Source: an uncultured Bacteroidia bacterium
GTDB lineage: Bacteria > Bacteroidota > Bacteroidia > J057 > CALDDN01
DNA: 64,000 nucleotides
NCBI GenBank assembly: GCA_937936615.1
Contig: CALDDN010000007.1
Coordinates: 4,029-68,028 of the forward strand
Direction: 5' to 3'
Shown here in pieces: positions 33,968 through 44,122 of this stretch (position 1 is the first letter of the stretch; the number at the start of each line of letters is the position of its first letter). A program made the translations under genes and the position numbers. The notes under the pieces were generated by a model. That model was given only the letters and a program-made list of their open reading frames with translations, was not told where the DNA came from and did no database searches.

Positions 33968-34978
33968 TCAGGTGGTCAATTCCTTGTAAATTTCCTTGAT
34001 CAGGTCTGGCCCGCGATAGACCAAGCCGGTATAGAGCTGCAGGAGTCTGGCACCGGCTTCAAGGTGGCCGCGGGCATCGGCCCCACTGAATATGCCCCCT
34101 ACACCGATAACCGGCAGGCCTACGGCAGCCAGATAACCCACCACCCGCCGGCTCGGTTCGAGAAGTGGCGCACCGCTGAGGCCGCCCTCACCGATGGCCT
34201 CAAGGCGACGGGGCGGCGTGCTGAGACCCGCCCGCGAAACGGTGGTGTTGGTGGCGACCACGCCTGCCGCTCCGCTTTCGGTCAGGTTGCGGGCCAGAAC
34301 TTCGAGGGCTTCATCTGTCAGGTCGGGGGCCACTTTCACAAACCAGGGCCGGAGGGGCCGCTGGCGGGCAATCTCCTCGGCCACTCCGGCCAGCAGGCGG
34401 CGTAAAGTTTCGTCCTCCTGCAGGCTCCGCAGGCCCGGTGTATTAGGCGAGCTGATGTTGATGGTAAAATAGTCGCAGCGGTCGGCCAGGCGGCGGATAC
34501 CGGTACGGTAGTCTTCTACTGCTGTTTCGAGAGGGGTATCACGATTTTTACCGATGTTCGCTCCGATGATCAGGCCGGCAGGGCGATGTTCGAGGCGGCG
34601 AGCCACTGCCTCCAGCCCTGCGCTGTTGAAACCCATGCGGTTGATGAGCGCACGGTCGGCAGGCAGACGGAAAAGGCGCGGCCTGGGGTTGCCCGTCTGG
34701 GGTCGGGGCGTAACCGTGCCGATTTCTACGAAACTGAAGCCCAGCCGCCGCCACAGCGGCAGCAGGCGGGCATCCTTGTCCAGACCGGCCGCCAGCCCGA
34801 TGGGATGCTCGAAACGCAGGCCCGCCAGTTCGACAGCCAGACGCTCGTCCGGCTCCAGCGGAACGGCCGGAGGCAGGCGGTTGACCCAGCGACCGAGGCC
34901 CTCCAGCAGGCCAAAACTCAGGTTATGGGCTGTTTCGGCGGGCAGGGCAAACAACAGGGGGCGTAACAGGGCATACAT
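33968..34978 (-). CDS. pyrD: dihydroorotate dehydrogenase (quinone), class 2
   Basis: The ATG at 34978 gives MYALLRPLLFALPAETAHNL. Family motifs are GLAAGLDKDA, IGANIGKN, NISSPNTPGLR and VIGVGGI. Confidence 0.9.
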   Translation of the reverse strand: MYALLRPLLFALPAETAHNLSFGLLEGLGRWVNRLPPAVPLEPDERLAVELAGLRFEHPIGLAAGLDKDARLLPLWRRLGFSFVEIGTVTPRPQTGNPRPRLFRLPADRALINRMGFNSAGLEAVARRLEHRPAGLIIGANIGKNRDTPLETAVEDYRTGIRRLADRCDYFTINISSPNTPGLRSLQEDETLRRLLAGVAEEIARQRPLRPWFVKVAPDLTDEALEVLARNLTESGAAGVVATNTTVSRAGLSTPPRRLEAIGEGGLSGAPLLEPSRRVVGYLAAVGLPVIGVGGIFSGADARGHLEAGARLLQLYTGLVYRGPDLIKEIYKELTT

Positions 34979-35198
34979 GCCGCAATTTCGGAAAACCACG
35001 CAAGGGCGGCAGATGTTCGCCTACGAAGCGTCGCAAAAGGTCTATCCGGGATATTCGATTCGAGAGCCGGCAGACAGACAATAGCCGGCCTTCGACAAGC
35101 TCGGCTGTATACTCTGAGAATCAGCACTTCAATTTTTGAAGAAACAGACTTCGGCCTGAGGGCAAATTACACCTGCGCGGCTGCACACGAACCTGTCC

Positions 35199-35735
35199 TC
35201 AGTCGGCTTCAGGTTTGGGCGGGCCATAGCCCAGTATCAGCAGTCCGCTCAGGGGCAGCCGGAACTTCGACGGATCGCTGTAGAGTACCTTCAGGTAGTT
35301 GCAGATGGCTTCGAAGTGATCGAGGCGGGCAGGCTCGTGCCAGTTGAGAACGGCCAGAGCCAGGTAATCGATTTGCGGGTGCAGGGCGGCGGCCAGCGTC
35401 TGGTGCAGAAACTCACGCCGTTCCCAGGCGGAGCGGCCCATGACGTGCAGGGCGGTTCGCCGCTCGGGTGTCCAGGCACTGAACGAGATCGCCAGTTCGG
35501 CATCGCCCAAGCCCGGCAGATGCCATTGCTGATCGGGAGTAGGCGCACCCGCTGCATACCCGACCGATTCAAGCCAGGGCATGAGTACCTGCATGACGTG
35601 GCGGGCGGGCGGACGGCGGGGTTCCCACGCGGATAGTTCGGTAGCACGAACGGCGCAGGCTTCTTTCAGTTCCAGCAGGTGCGGGGGCAGCACCAAGGTT
35701 CCCCGCGTGTACGTAAAATAAGCCCCTCGGATCAT
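35199..35735 (-). CDS. hypothetical protein (no recognised domain)
   Basis: At 178 aa, this is the only long ORF in this interval. It is co-oriented with its neighbours and its codon usage resembles theirs. I could assign no family motif. Confidence 0.5.
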   Translation of the reverse strand: MIRGAYFTYTRGTLVLPPHLLELKEACAVRATELSAWEPRRPPARHVMQVLMPWLESVGYAAGAPTPDQQWHLPGLGDAELAISFSAWTPERRTALHVMGRSAWERREFLHQTLAAALHPQIDYLALAVLNWHEPARLDHFEAICNYLKVLYSDPSKFRLPLSGLLILGYGPPKPEAD

Positions 35736-35816
35736 GGCTGGGCTGTTAGGTTTCGATTGATTTGTTCTTTACTTTAAGTGGATTCTTTGGAAAAAAACAA
35801 ACAATTGCCTTGTGCA

Positions 35817-38657
35817 TCAGCTTCCTTCAGGATAAAGGACAGCGTCGAGGCGGTTGGCTTGGTCGAGGTACTGGCGGGCGGCGGCTCGCAGATCCTTTGG
35901 TTTAACATCCCGGTACATCTTCAGGAACTGGTCGGGGTTGGGCAGGGGCCGGTCTTCCTGACGGCTGGTAAGCAGCCAGCGAAGCCAGGCTTGGTTTTCT
36001 CGCTGCCCTTTCTCGATGCGGCCCAAGGCAATAGTTTTACGCTGGTTAAAGAGATCGTCATCCACGCCTTGATCGATCAGATGCCGGATTTCGGCCTCGA
36101 CCGATTCCCGGAGCCGGTCTACGTTTTCGGGGGCGCAGCCAAAGCTCACTGTCAGCCGGAAGTGCTCGTAAGGTATTTTGTTCAAAACTGCCGAAACCCC
36201 GACCGTGTAAACGCCGCCTTGTTCCTCACGCAGGTTTTTCATCAGGCGATCGTTCAGATAGTCGGCCAGCAGACTGAGGTGAGCACGGGCCTCGGGACTG
36301 AAGGTCGCCGTACCCGTGTAGACCATGCGCACCATGCTCTTAGGTTCGATGCCCTTTTTAACGGTAACGATGCGTTTGCCCTTGGGCGGACGGATTCCGT
36401 TGTCCTTCCATTCGATCGAACTGCCCGTAGGCAGGGTAGCGATCCAGCGTTCGGCCAGCGGTCGGAATACTGCCGTATCGATGTTGCCTACCAACACAAA
36501 AGTAAAGTCCTGCGCCCGTCGATATTGTGTCCGGTAAGCCTGGAAGGCCACCGCTGTATCAAGGGCCAGGATGTCGTCGGGGGTCGTGGGCCGGGCACGG
36601 GGGTGGTAGCTGGCCAGAGCCAGGCTCAGGCTGTCGGAAAAGACACGCTGCGGATTGTCGGCGGAATTGCGCACCAGCTCGTAGTATTGGTCGCGGGCCA
36701 AGCGGACGGCCTCGGCATCGTTGCGGGGGGCTGTAACGTAGAGGTGAAGCAGCTGCAGCAGCGTTTCCAGGTCTTTGGGCGCAGCCCGACCCGAAAATCC
36801 CGCCGACAGTTCATCGATTTCGGGTGTAAGGGATGCCTCGCGGCCCTGAAGTACTTTTTCGAGCTGCGGACTGCTCAGCTGCCCAATACCTGTCTGTTCG
36901 ACCAGATAGTCGGCCAGTATCGCGGATTTGAGCTGGGCTTCGGGCACGGTAGACAGCCCCCCTGCAGCCCAAGCCTCAAATAAAATCTCATCGTTTTTGA
37001 AATCGGTGGGTTTGAGCCAGACGCTGGCCCCGTTGGAAAGCTTCCACTGGTGCACACCCGAAGTCGCATCGAATTGACGCTCCACGACCTTGCCCGATTG
37101 GGGAACAGCTGTTACGAGCTTGAGGTCGGCATCGGCATCCACATAGGGCAGTATGCTTTCCCCCTCCACGGCCTGTACCAACTGCAGGATTTCCTCGGCC
37201 GTAGGCAAGTTGGCTTTTTGCTTTTCGGGAGCCTCGAGGACAAAAACACGGTTTTCAGGCCCCATCCAGTTGCGGATCAGCTGCTGTATCTCCTCAACCG
37301 TAATTTCGGGAAGCATCTGGCGGGCATAGATCAAACGATCTTCGGGCGAGAGCATCACGTTGGCCCGCAGGTAGTGGTTGATGGGCTGGTAGGAAAGGCT
37401 GCGCGAAGGAACCTTGTCACGCTCGTTGTGGGAACGTTCAACCGATGAAAGCAGCTCCTGACGGGCGCGGGCCAGCTCCGATTCCAGGAAGCCATGACGG
37501 CGCATGCGCTCGTATTCCCGAACCAGCACCTGCAGCGCCTCAGCAGAACGGCCTTCCTTGGCAATGGCCACAAACTGGTGGGTGTAGACCGTCCGCAATC
37601 CCGGGTAACTGTACTGGTAGCCCCGAACGAGCGGCGACTGGGGAGCATGCACTACTTCGCTCAGGCGGGTGTTGAACATCGACGAAATGAGTTCGACAGC
37701 AAAACTGCGGCGCAAGTCGCGATCGCTGCGCAGCAGCATGGGCGTACGCTTGAGGTGCATGCTGACTATTGTAAGGGTCTGTTCGGGATCGGTGGCCACG
37801 ACGGCCCGCGGCTCACTGTGGGGAGGCACCGGAAAAAGAGCACGGTTTCTGGGCTTGGGGTGGGGCTTGAGTTGCCCGAAGAGCTGCTGGATGCGCTCGA
37901 TGACGGGCTGCAGATCGAAATCGCCTACGGCCACCACGGCGATAAGATCGGGCCGGTACCAGTCGCGGTAATACTGAATGAGCGTATCGTAGGGGCTTTT
38001 TGCAATGACCTCCTCCGTACCGATGGGAAAGCGGTCGGGGTAGCGCGATCCGGCGTAAAGAACCGGAAAGGTCATTTCGCTGATGCGGCGTCCGGCATTG
38101 CTGCGCAGGCGTTTTTCTTCTAGAATAACCCCCCGTTCCTTGTCGATTTCCTCGGGATCAAACTTGACCTTAAAAGCCCATTCCTGCAATACCTGCAGGC
38201 CCTTGTCGAGCAGACCTGCCGAGTCGGTGCGGATTTCCAGCTCGTAAACCGTTTCGTCGAAGCTGGTGTAGGCATTGAGGTCGGCTCCAAAATCGGTACC
38301 CATCGACTGCAAAAAGGCAATCAGGTCGTTGCCCGAATAGCTTTCGGTGCCGTTGAAGCACATGTGCTCGACAAAGTGGGCCAGCCCCCGCTGACCTTCG
38401 GTCTCAAGGGTCGAGCCGGCGTTGACGATCAGCCGCAGGTAAGCCCGCTTCCGCGGCTCGCGGTTCTGACGGGCATACCACGTAACCCCATTGGGCAGGC
38501 GGCCGGTGATCCACTCGGGATTGTCACGCAGAGCCACTTCGGGCAGCGGGTCGACCACCTGTGCCCAAGCCGAAGTTTCCAACGTGAGACCCAACAAAAT
38601 CCAAATTAACCAGCGCGTCAGACCCATATTGACCTTTGAGATAGGTACCAAAACCAT
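35817..38657 (-). CDS. M16-family (pitrilysin/insulinase-like) zinc peptidase, double-length
   Basis: 946 aa with the inverted zinc motif GLAHFVEHMCFNGTE (HxxEH). The length fits two M16 halves. Signal peptide: an alternative ATG at 38627 gives MGLTRWLIWILLGLTLETSAWAQ. Confidence 0.9.
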   Translation of the reverse strand: MVLVPISKVNMGLTRWLIWILLGLTLETSAWAQVVDPLPEVALRDNPEWITGRLPNGVTWYARQNREPRKRAYLRLIVNAGSTLETEGQRGLAHFVEHMCFNGTESYSGNDLIAFLQSMGTDFGADLNAYTSFDETVYELEIRTDSAGLLDKGLQVLQEWAFKVKFDPEEIDKERGVILEEKRLRSNAGRRISEMTFPVLYAGSRYPDRFPIGTEEVIAKSPYDTLIQYYRDWYRPDLIAVVAVGDFDLQPVIERIQQLFGQLKPHPKPRNRALFPVPPHSEPRAVVATDPEQTLTIVSMHLKRTPMLLRSDRDLRRSFAVELISSMFNTRLSEVVHAPQSPLVRGYQYSYPGLRTVYTHQFVAIAKEGRSAEALQVLVREYERMRRHGFLESELARARQELLSSVERSHNERDKVPSRSLSYQPINHYLRANVMLSPEDRLIYARQMLPEITVEEIQQLIRNWMGPENRVFVLEAPEKQKANLPTAEEILQLVQAVEGESILPYVDADADLKLVTAVPQSGKVVERQFDATSGVHQWKLSNGASVWLKPTDFKNDEILFEAWAAGGLSTVPEAQLKSAILADYLVEQTGIGQLSSPQLEKVLQGREASLTPEIDELSAGFSGRAAPKDLETLLQLLHLYVTAPRNDAEAVRLARDQYYELVRNSADNPQRVFSDSLSLALASYHPRARPTTPDDILALDTAVAFQAYRTQYRRAQDFTFVLVGNIDTAVFRPLAERWIATLPTGSSIEWKDNGIRPPKGKRIVTVKKGIEPKSMVRMVYTGTATFSPEARAHLSLLADYLNDRLMKNLREEQGGVYTVGVSAVLNKIPYEHFRLTVSFGCAPENVDRLRESVEAEIRHLIDQGVDDDLFNQRKTIALGRIEKGQRENQAWLRWLLTSRQEDRPLPNPDQFLKMYRDVKPKDLRAAARQYLDQANRLDAVLYPEGS

Positions 38658-38789
38658 CTTTCGTACCGCTTTATTCCTATTTCCTGAATTCCTTTTACAA
38701 AGTAAGGGATTTTTCTATAAAATCAAGCCCTGCAGCCCGAACAGACCGGAAATTACCCAAGCTAACCGCTTGATTGACTAACTTGCAAC

Positions 38790-40598
38790 ATGCAACGCCT
38801 GCTTCTTATCCTGCTCTGGACGCTACCCCTTGCAAGCTGGGGCCAGCAAGCCTACTGGAACTGGATGCAAACCTTGGGTGGACCCGCCGACGACATCGCC
38901 CGCAGCGTCGTGCTCGATGACGAGGGCCGGGCCTATGTGGCCGGCTACTTTAAAGGAACAGCCCGCTTCGGCGACCAGAATCTGACCAGCCGCTCGGCCA
39001 ACGACCTGTTTCTGGCCTGTTACGAGGCCGACGGACGCTTGCGCTGGGTTCAACAGGCAGGCTTTGCCGAGCGCGACGACTGGCGCGTGGGGCTGGCCCT
39101 CAGCCCCGATGGCGGCCTGCTGCTCACGGGCAGCTTCTATGGCGAGGCCGCCTTTGGTACCCAAACACTCCGCAGCCAGGGCCAGAATGACCTCTTCGTC
39201 GCCCGCTACTCCCTCGAAGGCCGCTTCGAGTGGGTCCGTCAGATCGGTGGTAACCTTCAGGAGTGGGGACGCGGCATCGTTGCCGGGCCAGACGGCAGCT
39301 TCTGGCTGACAGGTGGCTTCTACGATACCGTGCGTTTCGGTACCAACGCCCTTAGCAGTCTGGGCCAGAACGATATTTTCATTGCCGCCTTCGACCGCCA
39401 GGGCAACGTGCGCTGGGCCAAACGCGCAGGAGGAATCGATTTCGACGAAGGAACCGGCATCGCCCGCGACGCGGCGGGCAACCTCTACATCACCGGCTGG
39501 TACGGTGCCCGGGCCGACTTCGGCCCGCAGGTGGTACAGTCGCCTGCTTTCTTTGAATTTTTCGTAGCCAAATACGCCCCCGACGGACGCGAACTCTGGG
39601 TGCGCAGTGCCCAGGGCCAGTTTACCAACTTTGGCCGCCAGATCGAGTTCGATCCCGCCACGGGCGACCTCTTTGCCTGCGGCAGCTATTCGGGCAACGT
39701 CAACTTCTGGGGACGTGAACTTACGAGCCAAGGAGGACAGGATGGCATGCTGCTGCGCATCAGTCCCGACGGCGACCTGCGCTGGGCGCAGAGCTTCGGC
39801 GGCCCCGAAGCCGACGAGGCCTTCGATCTGTCCGTCGGCGGTTCGGGCCGGCTCTACGTAGCAGGCAGCTTCAGTGCCCAGGCACGCTTTGGCTCCGAAG
39901 CGGTCAGCTCGGCAGGAGGAAGCGATGCCTACGTGGCCGCTTTCAATCTTTCGGAGGGCAGCCTGCTGTGGGTGCATCGTGCCGGCGGACCGGCCAACGA
40001 CGCGGCCCATGCCATAGCCTCCGACGGACTGGAGGCCCAGCTGGTGGCCGGCGAGGTGGGCGGTACCAGCCGCTGGGACGAGTTTCAGGCCACGCCCGCA
40101 GGCGGACGCGATGCCTTTTTAGCCCAGCTGGGCCAACTCAGGCTCACGGTCGACGCTGGGCCCGGCGACCGCCGCTGCACCGATGCCCCCATTCAACTAC
40201 AGGGGCGGGTCAGTTTCCCCTTTGCGCGGGTGGAATGGAGCCCAACCGAGGGGTTGAACGACCCTACAGCCCTCGATCCCGAAGCCCGACCCCGTCAGAC
40301 AACGGACTACGTCCTGACAGCCCGCTACGGTGCCCTCATCGCCCGCGATACGGTACGCATCGAATCGGCCGCATTTGCCCTGCGTGCGCCCCAAATTTTC
40401 TACCGCAATACGCAGGGACACAGCGGCGGAACGATCCTGGCTCTAGGGCGAGGCGGGGCAGCCCCGCTGCGTTTCCGCCTCGATGATGGCCCTTGGCAGC
40501 CCCGCGGACGTTTCTCCGGCCTCGGTACAGGCACCTACCGCATCGAAGTCGAGGATGCCATCGGCTGCCGCGTCGAACGCAGATTCAATCTTCGGTAA
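38790..40598 (+). CDS. SBBP-type beta-propeller repeat protein with C-terminal SprB-like module
   Basis: 602 aa with the signal peptide MQRLLLILLWTLPLASWGQQ. About 8 repeats of the type D.A..V..D..G..YV.G.F.G...FG......S.G..D.F.A.Y...G...W are present. The last 65 aa or so resemble a SprB repeat. Confidence 0.8.
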   Translation: MQRLLLILLWTLPLASWGQQAYWNWMQTLGGPADDIARSVVLDDEGRAYVAGYFKGTARFGDQNLTSRSANDLFLACYEADGRLRWVQQAGFAERDDWRVGLALSPDGGLLLTGSFYGEAAFGTQTLRSQGQNDLFVARYSLEGRFEWVRQIGGNLQEWGRGIVAGPDGSFWLTGGFYDTVRFGTNALSSLGQNDIFIAAFDRQGNVRWAKRAGGIDFDEGTGIARDAAGNLYITGWYGARADFGPQVVQSPAFFEFFVAKYAPDGRELWVRSAQGQFTNFGRQIEFDPATGDLFACGSYSGNVNFWGRELTSQGGQDGMLLRISPDGDLRWAQSFGGPEADEAFDLSVGGSGRLYVAGSFSAQARFGSEAVSSAGGSDAYVAAFNLSEGSLLWVHRAGGPANDAAHAIASDGLEAQLVAGEVGGTSRWDEFQATPAGGRDAFLAQLGQLRLTVDAGPGDRRCTDAPIQLQGRVSFPFARVEWSPTEGLNDPTALDPEARPRQTTDYVLTARYGALIARDTVRIESAAFALRAPQIFYRNTQGHSGGTILALGRGGAAPLRFRLDDGPWQPRGRFSGLGTGTYRIEVEDAIGCRVERRFNLR

Positions 40599-40629
40599 TT
40601 GATCGATGCACACCCGTGGCATCGATCAA
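40599..40629 (+). terminator. hairpin (putative terminator) after the SBBP gene
   Basis: A perfect 11-bp inverted repeat (TTGATCGATGC/GCATCGATCAA) has a 9-nt loop. It starts 1 nt after the stop codon. The downstream tract is T/C-rich rather than a clean T-run. Confidence 0.5.
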
Positions 40630-40767
40630 TTCCGATTCCCTTTCCAGAAAAATAAGTCATTGAGGTTTCTTGAACTGAAAAAGAAACTCGATACAGACTT
40701 TTTAGGCCCAAAGCAATGGCCGATGGCAGCCTGAAGTCCTGCTGGCTCAGCGCGTTGACTGTTCCGC

Positions 40768-42078
40768 TCAGCGTTTGGCAAGCCAGCGTTCAAAAATCAC
40801 GCATCCGACCAGGTCGCCCGTAACGTTGAGCACCGTGCGGCACATATCGAGGATGCGATCCACGCCCAGAATCAGGGCGATGCCCTCGGTTGGGATACCT
40901 GCCTGCTGAAGCACCGTCGCCAGAATGATAATCCCCACCCCGGGAGTAGCCGGCGTACCAATCGAAGCCAGAACTACCGTTACGACCATCAGAACCAAGG
41001 CCGGCAGGCTCAGCTCGATCTGAAATGCCTGCGCCAGAAATACCGCTGCCACCCCTTGGTAGAGGGCTGTACCGGCCATGTTGACCGTCGCCCCCACGGG
41101 AATGATGAACTGGGCAATGGCCGGTCGGATGCCGAGTTTGGTTTCGGCTGTGGTCATCGACAGGGGCATGACTGCCGCCGAACTGGAGGTCGAGAACGCC
41201 AGGAGCATCACTTCTTTGATGCGATCGAAGAAAACCAGCGGGTTGCGCCCCGCAATCGTCAGGAGCAACGTGGCATACATGATGACAAGGAGCAGCAGCC
41301 CGCTGATCACCGTCAGCATGTAGAGAGCAATGTTTTGCAGGGTTTCGACACCCGTTTTGGCGGTCAATTGGGCCAAAAAACCAAAAACGGCATAGGGAGC
41401 AATGCGCATACTCCAGCCAACGATGATCATGGTCAGCTCCTGAACAGTACCCAGAACGCGGACGGTGCCCTGAGCCAGGTGCTGCGGCAGCGAAAAGACC
41501 GCCACCCCAAAAAGGATGCTGCCAATGATCACCCCCAGCATTTCGGCCTGCACCAGCACTCCCAGCAGGTTGTCGGGCAGCATGCCACCTATAAATGCTG
41601 GAATAGACGTAAAATTCAGTGTTCTGGATGGAGCGGCAGTTGCATCCACCGCACCGGGGGGTATGGCAAAACCTGCGCCCGGATCGATGGCGTAAGCCAG
41701 AATCAGACCGATGACAATGGCCACGGCCGTCGTACCCACAAAATAGAGCAAGGCCCGCAGTCCCAGCCGCCGCAGCTGCTCGAGGCTGTCGCTCGAGAGC
41801 AAACCCAGCATGATCGATGAGAAGACCAGCGGCACCATGATGAGCTTGATGAGCTTGATGAAGATGACCCCCGGCAGAGCCAGCCACTCGGTAATCTGGC
41901 TGGCGGTTTCAGCGTCGAACCAGCCCACGCTCGGCCCCAAAAGCAGGCCCACCACCGCACCCAGGAGCAGCCCGAGCAATACCTTGGCCCACAGCTGGTC
42001 GCGGATCAGCCCCAGAAGCCGAAAATTGATGCGCAGCAGCCGTTTCTCGGAGCTGGTTGTGCCGTGGTGTCGTTCCAT
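40768..42078 (-). CDS. dicarboxylate/amino acid:cation symporter (DAACS family)
   Basis: 436 aa, polytopic. Family motifs are STSSSAAVMPLSMTTAE, PVGATVNMAGTALYQGVAAVFLAQ and RTVLNVTGDL. Confidence 0.9.
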   Translation of the reverse strand: MERHHGTTSSEKRLLRINFRLLGLIRDQLWAKVLLGLLLGAVVGLLLGPSVGWFDAETASQITEWLALPGVIFIKLIKLIMVPLVFSSIMLGLLSSDSLEQLRRLGLRALLYFVGTTAVAIVIGLILAYAIDPGAGFAIPPGAVDATAAPSRTLNFTSIPAFIGGMLPDNLLGVLVQAEMLGVIIGSILFGVAVFSLPQHLAQGTVRVLGTVQELTMIIVGWSMRIAPYAVFGFLAQLTAKTGVETLQNIALYMLTVISGLLLLVIMYATLLLTIAGRNPLVFFDRIKEVMLLAFSTSSSAAVMPLSMTTAETKLGIRPAIAQFIIPVGATVNMAGTALYQGVAAVFLAQAFQIELSLPALVLMVVTVVLASIGTPATPGVGIIILATVLQQAGIPTEGIALILGVDRILDMCRTVLNVTGDLVGCVIFERWLAKR

Positions 42079-42111
42079 TGGCCCAAAGTTAAGCGAAACT
42101 AAAGCCCATGC

Positions 42112-43041
42112 TCAGGCCTGGAGCAGGCGCAGGGCCGTTTCGCGGTCGCGGTGCAGCTGCTCGACCAGCTCGGCAGCCGAGCCGAATTTCTTCTCGGCCC
42201 GGATGCGCTCGACGAACTCGACCCGCAGCATCTGCCCATAAAGGTCGCCGCTGTAGTCGATGAGGTGTACTTCGATGCACAGGCCGCCGTCGCCAAAAGT
42301 AGGCCGGTAGCCGATGTTCATCATGGCGGGTACCGGACCCTCTGGAGCCAGCACGCGCACGGCATAGACCCCAAACAGCGGTATGAGCTTGCGGGGGTCG
42401 GGCAGATGCAGGTTGGCGGTCGGAAAACCCAGGTCGCGTCCCCGCTGGTTGCCGGGCACTACCTCGGCCGTCAGGCTGTAGGGGTAGCCCAGCAGACGGG
42501 CTGCCGTCCGCACGTCGCCGAGGTTGAGGGCACTGCGAATCTTGGTGCTGCTCACGTTCGATTCATCGATCTGCTGGGCGGGTATTTCTTCGACCTCAAA
42601 GCCAAGCTGACGGGCCGCAGCATAAAGCTCGGTAAAATCGCCGGTGCGGTTGCGTCCGAAGCGGTGATCGTAGCCTACAACCAGTGTTTTGACCTGGATA
42701 AGCTCGACCAGAACTTCACGGATGAAATCCTGCGAGCTCATGCGCGAGAATTCCAGCGTAAACGGTACGATGAGCAGCGCATCGAGACCCAGGCGGTCGA
42801 GGGCCTCGATCTTTTCCTCCAGCGTGTGAAGCAGCGGCATAGCGGCATCGGGCTGGAGCACGGCCCGTGGGTGGGGGTCGAAGGTCAGAACGAGGGTACG
42901 GGCCTGCGGGCGATCGCGTTTGCGGTCGAGCAGTCGGTTAAGAATACTCACATGCCCCAGGTGCAGGCCATCGAAGGTGCCCAAGGTCGCAATGGTATCG
43001 GGGGCAGGCTCGTAGGCAGCGAGGCTTCGGTAAACAAGCAT
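42112..43041 (-). CDS. ribF: bifunctional riboflavin kinase / FMN adenylyltransferase
   Basis: 309 aa. Motifs are LGTFDGLHLGH, GFPTANL and the C-terminal riboflavin kinase domain ending FVERIRAEKKF. Confidence 0.9.
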   Translation of the reverse strand: MLVYRSLAAYEPAPDTIATLGTFDGLHLGHVSILNRLLDRKRDRPQARTLVLTFDPHPRAVLQPDAAMPLLHTLEEKIEALDRLGLDALLIVPFTLEFSRMSSQDFIREVLVELIQVKTLVVGYDHRFGRNRTGDFTELYAAARQLGFEVEEIPAQQIDESNVSSTKIRSALNLGDVRTAARLLGYPYSLTAEVVPGNQRGRDLGFPTANLHLPDPRKLIPLFGVYAVRVLAPEGPVPAMMNIGYRPTFGDGGLCIEVHLIDYSGDLYGQMLRVEFVERIRAEKKFGSAAELVEQLHRDRETALRLLQA

Positions 43042-43076
43042 GGATGGGGAGAATGCAGGGCGGCTGCGCTGCGAAG

Positions 43077-43796
43077 TTACAAATTGCCGCGGCCAGCAGG
43101 CCGGTCGCGGCCGGTCTGGCGGCGGGCTTCGGCCAGCAGTTCATCCAGAGGCCAAGCGTCGCTCAGGTGCCACCTCCCAATCTGCGTGCGCTGCAGCTCC
43201 GTCACATAGCCCCCCACCCCCAGCAGCTGACCCAGGTCGTGCGCCAGCGACCGCACATAGGTACCCTTGGAACAGAGCACCCGAAACACGGCCCGCGGGC
43301 GTGCGAAGTGCAGCAGGTCGAAACGTTCGATCTGAACCGAGCGGGGTTTAAGTTCCAGCGGCTGGCCTTTACGAGCAGCCGCGTAGGCACTGCGCCCCCC
43401 TACTTTAACCGCCGAAAAGGCCGGTGGCAGTTGCTCGATCGCGCCACGAAACGACCCAAGAGCTGCTTCGATGGCAGCTGCCGTCAGGGCCGAGGTGTCG
43501 CGCTCATTTTCAGGGGGCTGCTCGGCATCGTAGCTGGCAGTAGTAAAGCCGAAGCAAACTTCAAAGACGTACTCCTTGCTGTCGTTCTGCAGCTGGCCCA
43601 GCAGGCTCGTTTTACCACCCGTTCCGATGATGAGCAGTCCTGTAGCCAGGGGGTCGAGGGTGCCACCATGGCCCACCTTGCGCACGCCCGTGGCGTTGCG
43701 AACACGGGCTACCACATCGAACGAAGTCAGCCCCTTGGGCTTGTCGATCAGCAGCAGTTCGCCGGCTTGAAACTGAAACGTGCGGGGGGCGGGCAT
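43077..43796 (-). CDS. truB: tRNA pseudouridine(55) synthase
   Basis: 239 aa. Motifs are LLIDKPKGLTSFDVV, GHGGTLDPLATGLL and KGTYVRSLAHDLG. Confidence 0.9.
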   Translation of the reverse strand: MPAPRTFQFQAGELLLIDKPKGLTSFDVVARVRNATGVRKVGHGGTLDPLATGLLIIGTGGKTSLLGQLQNDSKEYVFEVCFGFTTASYDAEQPPENERDTSALTAAAIEAALGSFRGAIEQLPPAFSAVKVGGRSAYAAARKGQPLELKPRSVQIERFDLLHFARPRAVFRVLCSKGTYVRSLAHDLGQLLGVGGYVTELQRTQIGRWHLSDAWPLDELLAEARRQTGRDRPAGRGNL

Positions 43797-44122
43797 GGCG
43801 GCAGGCAGTTTTTAATCTGCAAAGCTAAGAGCTGACAGAATTCTCTTCGACGGGGTCCTGCTCCGGATTGACCGGAAGAGGCAACAAGCCAGCCTGTCAA
43901 GAGGTTGACTGTTCTTCAACACATGACTCGGTTCAAGATTTTTTTCATTCACTTTTATCCAATATCCGAAGCATGAAATTAAAATTTTATAAAACAATGT
44001 ATATTAAAATTAAGATTTAACTAAAAGTCGCGCACAGGCCCTTGATTTGTCCTGCTGCTTTCTGGATTGATCCGGGGAACGGTGCCTCGTACCTGCCGAT
44101 CGATCCGGAGAGGCTAGCGGCT

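Noticed and set aside
40790-41887. A 365-aa same-strand alternate-frame ORF lies inside the DAACS symporter gene.
   Set aside because: Its product is Arg/Gly/His-rich and non-membrane-like. The annotated frame gives a canonical polytopic symporter with the family motifs.
43812-44040. An AT-rich island with a 61-aa ORF (43812-43997) lies between the phoD-like gene and truB, flanked by GGATTGA(T)CCGG-like motifs at 43863-43875 and 44062-44075.
   Set aside because: The small ORF has an implausible composition and no start context. AT-rich spacers upstream of genes are the norm in this window (compare 14965-15192, 20663-21016 and 33731-33967). The short motif repeat is weak.
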